From Dicyema japonicum (lineage: Eukaryota; Animalia; Dicyemida), in assembly GCA_011109175.1 (NCBI GenBank), contig RDEW01000009.1, positions 981,652 to 1,045,651 on the forward strand: DNA of 64,000 bases. Reading direction: 5' to 3'. A program made the position numbers and the translations under genes. Below, one piece after another: positions 52,300 through 64,000 of the stretch (its first letter is position 1; each line of letters begins with the position of its first letter). Under the pieces are notes generated by a model, which was not told the origin of the DNA, ran no database searches, and worked only from the letters and a program-made list of their open reading frames with translations.

Positions 52300-53900
52300 C
52301 TATTCCTACCCGAAGGACCTCATATTCCTTGGCAGTAAAAACTTGTTACTAAAGCACCCTGGTAGATGCAATTGGCAAATATTAGAGAACACTCTTACTA
52401 CCAAATCTGAATGACCTAATAATTTTAAAGCTGATGTATAGAAGAACATATACAGAGTTAAAGATAGTATTACATCTCTCGACTTATACATGCTTGAGGC
52501 AGTGTTGCCTCTCTCTCAGTTGGCATGTAGTTTACGCCTTAAAGAGCGACTGCAACCTAAAAGGAAGAGCATTTACAAATAAGAGACTAAGAGATGAGTA
52601 CAAGAATGTAAATTGAAGAAATCCACAGCCTTTATTGACTATAAGCCTTTTAATTTATCAATAATGCTTTCCACTTTAACAAATAATAAGTCATATAGAA
52701 AAAACAGGACTCATGGTGATAGATAAAAAACATCTAAATTAAAATAGAGACCAACACAAGTGTACAAAACTAAGAGGTCAGGGAGAGAGCTCGAGCAAAT
52801 GATGTCAATAAGAAGCGGAAAGAAGCTTGGCAAATATTCACGACCTTCCTGGACAATCCGAGCACTATCTCACTGATGTGGAATACTCAGACGCAATACC
52901 AATCAGGTAGGTAGCGATATGATGGTCAAGAACAGTGGTCCTCAATTTTTTATTGCCGGACCGATAAGCGTTAGACAATTTCACTGTTGTCTAAAAATTG
53001 GCGGATGTGTCGTCGATCCGAAAACCTGGAATACCCTAGACCTCCATTCAATATACAAACAATATCACTTTTATGTATTGTTCAAAAATTATTAAAACTC
53101 GTTCTGGTGATTCGATCATACCGGCGACACTCTTGAAGGACGAATTCAAAAAAGTTTCCTCACTAAAGTCACCTCACACGCCTATGAAAAATTCATTTCT
53201 GAAGGTTAAAATTCTAATCAAGACATCAAAATTTGTAGTATGCTCGATTGACATACAAAATGCGTTTTAGTTAGAACGAAAAAATACTAGCAAAGATCTT
53301 CGACTCATATATCCCAAGCAACCTTAGAGATGGATTGCAAATTCTTCAGAAAGAGTCGTATCAAGTTCTGATATGTCTATTACTAAATTCCTCCCAAAAA
53401 TCTCCTGCAAAGATGCCCTTGTCGCCGATCAACATATTCTTGACCGTTTCGTCACCATATCCAGATAAGAAAATTTTTGACAATGACCTACACTGATGAC
53501 ATATTTATTGCTTTTAAAAACAGTGTATGAAGACAGCTGCTGTACGTTTATTTCCGCTGAAAAGTCATACGTAAATTACCTCAAACATGAGATGTATGAA
53601 TTCTGGACTTCCCTGGCTATAAATGAAAAACAAATTCCATATTCTATTTTGGACAGTATAGAAACTCAGTTTAACGCTAGGTTACCTATACCGTCAATAT
53701 GTCGAGTTAACTATTCGCTACGGATTCGCCGAATGGACAACGAAATCAGAAAGAACACATCTACAAAGAATCAAGGATTTCCAGTCCTTACTACTTGAAC
53801 TCTAAAAAACTGGGCACAGTTCATCTCACGCGAATCTCTGCCTGACAACGAGAACACATGGAGTGCGTGGGATCTAAGGATCATCACCGTAATAAAATGA
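52300..53900 (+). mobile_element. Highly degraded LINE ORF2 (EN and RT fragments)
   Basis: SDCNLKGRAFTNKRL..YKNVN (as in 13367-13567), VVCSIDIQNAF, YADD-like tacactgatgac. Confidence 0.65.
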
Positions 53901-54384
53901 AGTGTTCACTGAGAGTGGCAAAATCATCTAATAGCCACACTTCCTCTTAATTTAATGATGATTTCCTAGTTTCAAATAATAACAACGTACTACTCTCTCG
54001 GAAGATAATAAAGGATTGGAAGTAAACACTAATTAATATATTAGGAATTATTCTTCCATCTACGTCATAACAATTTGTATTCTCCCAATTTACTAATTTG
54101 TATACACATTACCTTTGTTTAACTTTAGAATGAAGATGTAAAATACAAATGAAAAGCTAGATATGGATGTCTTTCTTTAGAGTCTATTGGTATTCTTCAT
54201 GAGCGATTTTGTTTTCAACTGTGTTTCCTGGTACTTTGTAGAAAAACCGTAACCACCTCATTGTGTTTATTTTATTCCTTTAGAACCCTGGGATCATCAA
54301 GAAAGATAAACAAAATATACTCCAAGTTCCTTTACTAGTATAGTGAGTTGAACATTGGATTTTGATCTCCACCCAACAAAGATA

Positions 54385-54903
54385 CAGTAAACTCTCCCAA
54401 ATTTGCCATTTTTAGTTCCAGCATTTTTTGCGGAAAATTTGGGAATTGGCAAATTTCAGAATTTAATCAATGAATTTATGATAGTTATTGGGAAACTTCT
54501 CATCGATGAAAATTTGGTTTTATTACGATAAAATTATTTAAAAAGTGAACTACTAAATTTATAAAAAAAATTCAATTCCCATTTGCTTCTTTGCATTTTT
54601 TCAGAGTAATTTACATAAATTCTTCGATTTCAATCGGATCGTAAACATCCGTATTAGATAATATTTCTTATGTTCACATTTACTATGGTGTACTTGTTCG
54701 TTACTGAATCTTGCATATCGACCACTAGAAACACAACGGGCATGCTACGCGAATAAAGTTTTAGTGTTTTAATTTTCAGTAATTTTTTTAAAAAACTTTA
54801 AAAATTATGGCAAATTTCGGAATTGGCAAATTTCCACTAAAATTATAATATTTTTTTAAAAAATGGCAAATCTGAGAATTGGCAAATTTAAGAGAGTTTA
54901 CTG
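54385..54903. mobile_element. 519-bp MITE (pogo/Tc1-mariner type) with TA target-site duplication
   Basis: ta|CAGTAAACTCTCccAAATTTGCCA ... TGGCAAATTTaaGAGAGTTTACTG|ta, with an internal repeated GAATTGGCAAATTT. Confidence 0.85.
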
Positions 54904-55099
54904 TATATGATAATTTTTTTAGTTATAAATTAAATATTTAATTTTTATTATCCTACGAATATTTTTTAATAGTAAATATTTAAAATTTTATAATTATTAT
55001 TAAGTTGTTAGAGGCCGAAAATTCCATATTGCTACCAACATTGCTCAGAATTAAGTGTTTTTATGTCTTTGTCTCACGTGAATTCTGTGAAGTAACTGT

Positions 55100-55780
55100 T
55101 CAGATGGTGTTCATCTCACTTTTGAATTCCCTATTGCTCCCATAATCTTCGTAAACCCAATATGAAGTATAACTCACTTTGTATTGCTTATTATGATTTT
55201 CTAATCAATGACGTCAACGAGCGTACAGCTTATGTAGCTATTGCCATATAGCATGAGATTCCGGGCCATTCTTCGTACCCGGTTTGATATGTCAAACTTA
55301 TCTCCATAGATAAAATAGTTACCGTCACCAAATAATTGATTACAAGATAAGTTTCTTGTCTCACTTCCACGTTTTCCCATAAAATTATATTTGGAGTTTT
55401 TTAACTCCAATTTTTGCATTTAGATCACAAGAAAATAACATCAGTGCCGACGATTCTTATTCGTTCAATAAAAGTCATCTCAGGATTTTTCATCACTTTC
55501 CCACAATTTGTTGCACGCACATTTATATTGTCATTTTGGAGGGACAGTTGCTGTTAAGTCGTATTGGAATTACATCAATCTTGTCACTCACATGACATAT
55601 ATGGTGGATATTCCGTAATAATATCAATCGATATTTCCATAGGTCTCGTCGAGACTGCAGACACCCAATGGAAACGTTATATCTCTCCAGGTCTTTCTCG
55701 AACAGACATTTGGTGTACATTTACCGTTGGATATGGAGAGCTTTATCCTCTTATATTTTCTACTTTCTATAGAGTCGTGT
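55100..55780 (-). mobile_element. RTE-type APE endonuclease fragment
   Basis: KDLERYNVSIGCLQ and FLCDLNAKIG...MGKRG..RN, i.e. the APE CLQE and GDFNA motifs. Confidence 0.65.
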
Positions 55781-57499
55781 GTTCAAAGCGTAAACTTTTG
55801 TGTTCATTTGAGTCAGGAAGGGAAAGTGCTTAATAAGATCGTTTTAGTAAAAATTATTGTGGAAAGTATCAGCAACCATATAATTCCTTACAATTACAAA
55901 ATTAGTTCCTGTTTTATTAAAAAAATATTATAAAACTGAAATCAACAACCAGTCATCATTAAAAGCATTCAAAACGATAGGAAGAGTATAAGTGAACAAT
56001 CTCAAGTTATCATTTTGTTCGTTCTCTTCATTGGAATTCCCCCAGTCTATCACGAAACCATAATTCAAACTGTTTTACACATTGACGGCAGTTTAGGCTT
56101 ATCCACGTAAATTAAATGACTTTTATTGGTTGGAATCTAGGAAAAGTGGAGATAGAGATGAATCCTTGTCGAAGTACTCTTTGAGAGGACCTCACAGTTC
56201 AGAAACTAAGACAAATAGTGTTGAAAATACTTAGAGTTCACTAATTTTTCGGAAATCTCAGCTTCCGATAATTTTAGAAGCATAAATCTTATGCACATAC
56301 GAGCATCTTCAATGCAGTTTCCAAAAAACTATATCAATTTGGCAGAGATCCTCAACAAGACCAGCTTCCTCAAAAAATTGGAAAATTCTGAAACTTGAAG
56401 CCAGTAATTTATGAAATGGAAGAAATAAGAGATATTTTCATTTTGATGTAATTTCATACAGTTCAATATAAGGCAGTGGAATATGACCATATAAATACAA
56501 AATATGCTTGTATGAGTCCGGATAGTATAGGAATTCTTACTACATTATTTGAAAACGCATTTTTTGTTGGACCAATTAACACCATCTTTCTTTCACAAAC
56601 CATTTGGGACACAAAGTTTATTATTTTTAATTTTAATTATTTTTTATATTATAAAATTTACAACTTTTTTAAGTAAACCTATTTATTTATGATCAAATGT
56701 CGCATTGCATCATGTGGTGGTTAATAGGTTGATAATTTATTTTTCATTTTCTTCGCTGTCTGTGATGGCTTCATTGGATACATCTTACTCAAGAGAGGCA
56801 AAATTCCAGGCCAGAATTCAAATGGATCCAACTGTTCATTCCATTTCGTCCCTGGCGACGAGTTCTGGAATCGCCCTCAGCTCTCCGGACAACGTACTCT
56901 GGATCACTGTTCTCGGGTTGGTTCTGTTGGAACGCGTCTGGATCAATGAATTAGTTATTTTAGTTTTACCCTTGGTATTTGGAATATTATTACTTATTAA
57001 CCCCAGGCTTACAATATTTGGTAAGCACAACACAAACAGTCACAACTAATTAATCCAAGGAAGGAGCCCAAGGGAGAGTGTGCCGACCAATTTTCCTCTA
57101 AATAAAATATAGTCAAGAAAACCGGCATTAAAGTAAATATCCAAAGCGGACGCTAAATGTTAATATGGCGTCGGGTGGTTCGTGACTTTCAGTGTGAGAG
57201 ATATCAAAAAGAATCATCTACCGGTCGACTCGTTTATCTGGATGGATAACCTCGACTCGAATTGCTATTCTGGATACTCATACTTTCTGGAGACATAGAA
57301 TCGAACCCAGGAGCAGAATTTAATTTTATTATGCAACTCAATGCTAACAGTATAAAATCGCGTCGGTAGATGGAATGAGAAAATCAGATATTTTCACATA
57401 GCACCTGTGAAATAGTAATAAAAATGATAGACCTGTTAATTTGAAATGTTTATTAGATGAAAGATTCGATAAAAAGATGTTTTTAGAAAATTTTTGAGT

Positions 57500-58900
57500 T
57501 TATAGAAAATTCACCGGGATATTTTCTGAGTCGGTTAGAAAAGTCATGGGATACTTCTTACCATTCTTAGCAGTTATGGACTCAAGACTAATGCCCGTAA
57601 ATCTGAAATTTGTAATCTGGGACTCTCGCCAGATGAATTATTTAAATAATGCAGGATTTCTTTTTTCCGATACTACTATTACCTATGCGAACACCTTATG
57701 GTATTGGCTCACTCATTTTCACGAGAATTATCTATCATATTCTTAATAATAAACTATTGGAGATTTGTGGAACCACCGCTAAATTGCAGGAACTTGATCC
57801 ACATACTGCGTTTTTCTCCTAAAGAATTATCTTTTTCTTCCAAGATTAATGTTTATGGACGTTCTTCTCTTTGCTACCTCTTTCCGGAAAGCCTGAAGAA
57901 TTTCAACATTCAAAGTCTATTGAAGAAATTACTAATTTAAATTTGATAGCATTTAATTGATGCAAGCATTCTTGCACCTCAGATTTGGAGGAATCGTCCT
58001 AACTTTTGCTGTGGACGTTTCTTTTATCCTTCCTGTCATCTTTATCAAGCAACTCATTTCTTATTTGGAATATTCTTCCAGATTATTCCAAATCCGCTCT
58101 GGAGTAACAAAATTGCTGATTGGTTGAAGAGTAGTCGGTGACTTTTAAAGAAACCCGTCTGGATACATAGCGACTGGACCAACATTTTTTACAAGAATAC
58201 TTAATCGATTCTTATGGAAATGGGCGACTTGAACTGTCGGGCTTACACAGTGGTGCTTGGTTAACGCGTTCCCATTATCGTCAATTGGTTCCCTTCTGAA
58301 ACAGGACGCCGTCCGGAATGGGATATCATTACGTTTCGGGATCGCCTTGTCCCAACATCATCCATGCCGTTCTGGATCTGTCGCCGACTGAAAAAGACTT
58401 CACCTGCTCTCTTGTCTCAGCAGCACCATGCTGCCATCAACGGGGTTTGAAGAGCTCTCTAGGAGACTGATTCCAGTCATCTCTGGAACCGGTGAAGATG
58501 AAAAGTGCCCGGACGGAGTAACTGTCTTCCCCTTCTCTCGGGAAATGCTTGATTTGAATGGGGCCTGTACCGACACCTTTTTTCTGTCAAGACTTGCTGG
58601 TTTCGCGTTGAAAGCTGGGAAGGCTGCACGACTTTCGAAAATTTTAAGATAAAAAATACGACAGCGTCTCCATCTGATTCCATGTACAGCCCGTTGTGTT
58701 GAGACGCGCGGAGTCTTCGGCCCAAGATGGTCTGTTTTCTAAGATCGATGTCTCAATGATATCGAAAGTGAGTAATGATCGTCGGGAAACCGAATGGCTG
58801 TTTCAAAGGATTTCTCTGGCAGCTGTCGGGGAAACAGCCATTCCATCATATCAGCTGGATTATTTTGTTTTTAGTGTCATAGATGACGGACCAATTTATT
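57500..58900 (-). CDS. Hypothetical protein, fragmented
   Basis: GC-richer segment with long protein-like open stretches (IFYLKIFESRAAFPAFNAKPASLDRKK; QAFRKEVAKRRTSININLGRK). No family recognised. Confidence 0.35.
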
Positions 58901-58929
58901 CTAATAGAAAGAAGAACAGAGCTTGATAT

Positions 58930-59340
58930 CGGTGAGGTGATCTAAGATACTGCTTGGTGCTTTCGTGTTTTTGGAATGGTCATTTATGACTGTCAGATCC
59001 CATCTAACTACAGTAAATTTCCCCTTGCATTGGCGGGTTTGTCTGTCAGCCAAAGGGAATGCTTGCGATAAGATTCATAAAGATCAGAGCGTCATTTAAC
59101 TCTCAAAACTGACAAATCACCTTGAGTATTTTGGGCATGACCCAGGAGGTAAATAAATATTCACTAAGAACAGTTTTCTTCTTGTAGAACCGATAGATAT
59201 CCCAATAATCTCAGTTATTTCGTAATTTCCTAGGAGTTTTTATTTCTAGTGAAATGTCTTTTTGTTAAAGTGAGATGTTTTCCATAAGTGCTCTAAGTTC
59301 CATTATTTGTCATTTAATCCCGTTCACGTTCAGTTGAATA
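58930..59340 (-). mobile_element. Degraded LINE APE endonuclease N-terminus
   Basis: VIQLNVNGI and NIYLPPG. Confidence 0.65.
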
Positions 59341-60667
59341 ACGTGACGATTTATCAGACTGTGACATACTTTATTACAATTTTCGATCAAATTGAATCAT
59401 TTTTTTGATTTTTTATGAAACCTTATTTTTTCATAATAGAGGCTATAAAATTCTGGCGCGATTTAGCTAAAGATTTTATAGATAAGTCTGAAGGCACAAA
59501 CATAAATTTAAAAATGTTGATAAACAATTAAATATCTGTGAAATATTCTTCACAGCCTGAGAAATCAAGAATCATCTCAATAAGATAAAAATGCGGCCAT
59601 TAGGTGATCTCGATCTCTCCCAATGACTACCTCATCTTCACTTGTTGTTCCTCTCGAGATCCCGCATTTTCTGTAATCTTGCGTTACAGGTTGATAAATA
59701 TTGTTTCCTAACAATCCTTCACGGAAAACTTTTATCAAATTCGATATACTTATTGTTGGAGATCAATTATCAATTTTTGAGGATACTAAAAAGTTAATTT
59801 GTTAAGTGTCTTTATATGTTCAGCTCTTCCAGAACATTCTTGATGGAGTAACTCCATAGCGATATGAAACCTCAAGTCATCCAGTTTTTTAATTCATTCT
59901 GAGGAGTATTTGAGAGTGACGTCGGCAGCCAGGAGTTCCCAAACTCTTGGATACCCAAATGAACCATTTTGATATTGTACTTTATTCTTCGAGTCTCTTT
60001 TTTCTTAGAATTGCTGTTACGATTATTTTACAATCAATCTCTTCTACCTTTTCTGGATTCTGAGATATCCCATGTTAAACAGTCCCTACATGACTAAATC
60101 AGGCTCTAGGTAAATTCATCGCCGGAAAATTCAAGAGAGCAGGTGGGCAGAAGATAGAAAGAATCAAAAAGATTAATTGTCCAAAAAGTGTTAAAATGAG
60201 ATTTTTAATTTTTAATCCACGATATGGATCACGTTGTCAGGTCTATTGGTTAAAGTGGCCACTTTATTCAAATGCGAAAGAGTTCTCTTAATGTGAATCT
60301 TAACTGTGGAGTTGGCCAGGTCAACTGCGTCGTTCAATAAGGACTCGTTGTCTCATGGATGTGATCTGTTTGACGAGATTGAAATTCGCTGAGAAGACAA
60401 CAAATACATGCGCAGAGTTTAAGCCAAATGTAACTAACTATCTTGGGGACATGCTCACGTGGTTTCTATCGCGATTTAATCTCCGAAATCACATTTTAAA
60501 GAAAAAATATAAAAATTTCGACCACTTCTATCTAGGAACCCGCTCACGTGCTCCCTTTAATTTACCGGTTACTCTAAATCAGCTAGTATTGGGGACAAGT
60601 TATCAAAAAATAACACAATAATTAATATATTAAAGCAACAAAAATTTAATCGAAAAATCAATCATAT

Positions 60668-63237
60668 TTATAGTTGCACATACAATCACAACCAACAACA
60701 GGACAGACATTCCTCAGTCTAACAAATATAAGAGGGAGACCACCTGAACCAGTCCTGAATATGCTTAAGGTGTCCTCCATGATGACACCTAATACAGCAC
60801 ACATAACTGTTGTCGATAATCTTATTCACAAGTTCTGTAATGTAATATATGTTTTACTTCGATCAATAGAATAAGTATTCATCCGACACGTGCAGGCACA
60901 GCAGTCCACTTGAAGGTTCAAACAATAATTACAGGCACCTTTCTTATATTACTACTACTCACAACCGTGTTACGCCTGGAATCAGGGTGAGAAGTGTGGG
61001 AATAGTTGGTGTCTCGCTTGAAGGAATTGAAAGACAGACTTCTGTGGCAGTAAATGCACATATTATCAAATTCCCACGTTTAGAGTGGAAACTTCCGCGA
61101 ATTGAGGAATATATCAAACTTAGCTCTGAAATATAACAACGTACACACCTCATATTCCACATTAAAAGAGAGTTTAGCAAACCTCGGTATTTTTCTATAT
61201 ACTTTGGCATAAATTTATGGTTCAGGACTTCCCCTCCCAGTTGTAGCCCCATGAAGATACTGGTCTGATAATCTCCAGTGGTCTCAGCATATTTTTGCAA
61301 CAAATCCCCGGTTTTCGAAAATATCCCAAAAATATCACCAGAGGATACCGATTCATCCACAAATCTCTCAAGATGATACGAAAGCTAAAAAACAACAAAA
61401 AACAACTTTTTCGTCAGACACAAATCTCAGAGCAAAGAAAACCCGCCATTGAATTTCCAGAGCCGAGTTATGGATAATCTCGTTAAAAGACTCTTCAGTA
61501 TTGGTCATCAAGTTGTGATACAACATCAATATAGGGTATTTTTCAAAATGAATAGAATAAATAGCCTTCTCTTTATGGTAATAAGCTAGAGGTCCCTCCA
61601 AATCACCGTCATTTCCATGTATTCGGGCAAGATCCAACAAAAGGTCAGTAAAATGTGAAAAATCAAGGTCAAACAATGCCATCATGATGTTTGAGATATC
61701 ACAACGATTAAATGACTAAATACCTGCAATAATTGAGGAAATAAAACACGCCATCCTGAAATCCTAACATGCACGTGTCTAGATGCTCAGATCTTGCCAT
61801 GTCATCATACATGTTAATGTCGTAGAGACATCTCGTTGTGGATTTGTCAACATTCGGCCATTCAAGCTTCAACGGCGCACGCAACATGCATTTCATCAGC
61901 ACTATAGGGGTAATATTCAGGAATACCATATTCTAAGTACCTCCAAACTAATAATAAGTCATAGTTGGGGGCTTCTTCTCTTTCCAAGATGCTAATGGTT
62001 GAGGACTATGTTTAAAACACAAAAATACGAAATTTATGCCATAATTCTCATCTAATCTGATACTAGCAGAATAATGGCTCTTTAATTTAGACCACGTGTG
62101 CAGGGACGAGTCCATTTGGCCATGTATTGGAGGTGGCTGCAAGAAATGGTGGAAATTGTAGTCATGTTCTGTTTGGTATAAAAACGTGTTGGAAAGGAAA
62201 GGTGAATACGAAAAATCTGATATTCCGTGGTCGGATATCATAATTGTGTCTCGGTTTGACCAATTACAAATGTTCAACTCAAAAATCCTTGATTTCTCGA
62301 CGACACCAATCACGGAATTTTTCAATGGAGACCAAAACACGGAGAACTTTCCATCAAACGGAATTTTATGTAGCTACACAATCAGTAATGACACGTGCCT
62401 GTTTTCACACTTCCGTAAGTCATATATGAGTAGCGACCCATTGGAAATGGCAGAAAACACATGGTCACGTGAGGACTGAAGTTCAATGACTGGGCACATT
62501 TGACCTGAGTAAGGTTGATGGTGGATGGTCTCCGCATGTCAATCAAATGAAGAGACCGAGGATGACTGTAAAGAACATTTTTTTTATATTTCTGAGGACC
62601 AATTGACAGAATTTTATCGGAGGTGTCTCAATTACAACCCAAAGTACATTTCTGGTAAAACGGAAAAAGAGTTAAGTTTTTCGAATAAATCTGGTCGAAC
62701 TCCCAGAAGGAAAGAACCGATGAGATAAAAGGTTCCGGCGGGTCCGCCACACTAATGAGCTAATGTAAGCAAAGAATGTACCCATGGAGAGGAGTAATCT
62801 GAGTTCCAGCTAAGTAAACGATTATTCATAGGTTCGCCCCTAAAATAAGTTGACAATAAACCCAAATTGAGAAAAAAGTGAACTCCTTCCCATATGATAG
62901 ACTAAAGGTTAGGTCACATAATTACTTGACTAGGTAGGCTTCATTTTTAGAGTTGTTGAAGGCTATCATGTCGTCATAGATGCTCAATTTGAGAAAAGCT
63001 GGATCCTTATAATTATCGATTCAAGCTTAACTTTGACAACACAGTGAGGATTGAAGATCCGAACAGGCCGTGAATGATCTTTCGCGAGGAAATCTCCGAC
63101 TAGCATGAACATGTTGGCAAACATTCTCCATTTGATATTTTTGAGTGTAGAATTTCTTTATACTCAAAGATCTGGATCTCCTCTTCGCACATGAAAAACT
63201 TCTTTGGGGAATTTAGAGGCCAATAAAAATAGTTCAT
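60668..63237 (-). CDS. MIOS: GATOR2 complex protein MIOS (WD40 plus C-terminal zinc finger)
   Basis: N-terminal YFYWPLNSPKKFFMCEEEIQIF; FWSPLKNSVIG; LLQKYAETTGDYQT..KYIEKYRGLL; C-terminal CIRCHHGGHLKHIQDWFR|LRNVCPVVGCDCMQL*. Confidence 0.88.
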
Positions 63238-64000
63238 TCTTTTTTCGAATATAAAATTAGAAAAAAAATAAAATAATAATTTAAATTTAAATTTCATTAT
63301 TACTCGTAGAGAAGTGATATGAAGACTTTGAGTTTCTGAAAATTTCGATCAATATCACTCCTGTCAAGTGGCGTGACCTTCAATGGTAATTTTAAAAACT
63401 TTCCACTTTAATCATTTCTAGGCACTAATACAAGATCCAAGAGATTCCGGAGATGGGGGACTATGGGAGACAGCCCACGTTTGTCAAATAATCGAAGCTC
63501 GCGATAGGCCCTCCGCATTTGTCTAGTAATTTAAATTCTTGTTGGTTCCATCAGAATTTGAATTAATGACTTATTTTTATGAAATCCTTGAAAATCTTTG
63601 TAATGAAGAGAAAATTTAATAACTAATAAATTAATCCACTTCCCACACTCGTAAAGTCCGAGAGACTTTCCAAATCACACATGTCCATTCAGAATCGAAA
63701 AGCTGTTGGTATCTCTCCTGCATAGCCCTTTACCCCATTCTCCATGATGTTGATAGGAAATATAGAGTCGACTCAGGTTGTATCTTACACTAAAAGCTTC
63801 TTCTCTTTAGACTGAAAGACTGTAATTTCCTTCTCATACTTTGTCAGAGAGCTTCAGCACGGAGGAATCGGTACTAATTAGGGCTCGGGAATTAAGGAAT
63901 ATTACTTACTGTTTTTTGAAATTCGAACATTAAATAAACCAGAAAATCTGTGATCGATTGTTTGGCACGGTGTAGTATTATTCTCGTCTTTATATCTCAA

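Noticed and set aside
55201-55419. Phage portal-like motif (RRMARNLMLYGNSYI)
   Set aside because: Adjacent frames give APE endonuclease motifs (KDLERYNVSIGCLQ, DLNAKIG), so it is a LINE/RTE remnant.
63481-63520. MAP kinase (RAYRELRLF on minus strand)
   Set aside because: Isolated match; the flanking sequence lacks the VAIKK and HRDLKP motifs.

Overview
This is AT-rich eukaryotic (animal) genomic DNA with compact genes interrupted by extremely short GT-AG introns, 21-25 nt in the fully spliced LRRC6 gene. Tiny introns plus an intact motile-cilia gene best fit a dicyemid mesozoan; this is an inference. Recognisable genes: an adhesion GPCR with a mucin stalk and intact GPS, LRRC6/DNAAF11, an ADAM10-like metalloprotease, a cathepsin D-like aspartic protease, Unkempt, a METTL2-like methyltransferase and MIOS. 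These sit among many degraded non-LTR retrotransposons (APE-type LINEs, RTE, R4-like, CRE-like), two tRNA-derived SINE families, a TA-flanked MITE, a 49-bp minisatellite and a ~6-kb inverted duplication that carries a copy of the LRRC6 3' end. The standout finding is a hidden micro-exon gene at 8297-8970 (minus). What looks like a CRISPR-style 50-bp repeat/spacer array is ten near-identical 22-24 nt introns separating mostly 27-nt phase-1 exons, encoding a ~148-aa, probably secreted protein with 9-residue Gly-turn repeats. Four single N bases and several homopolymer frameshifts in conserved genes show the assembly is imperfect, which limits some calls. All translations were done by hand, so boundaries of degraded elements are approximate.
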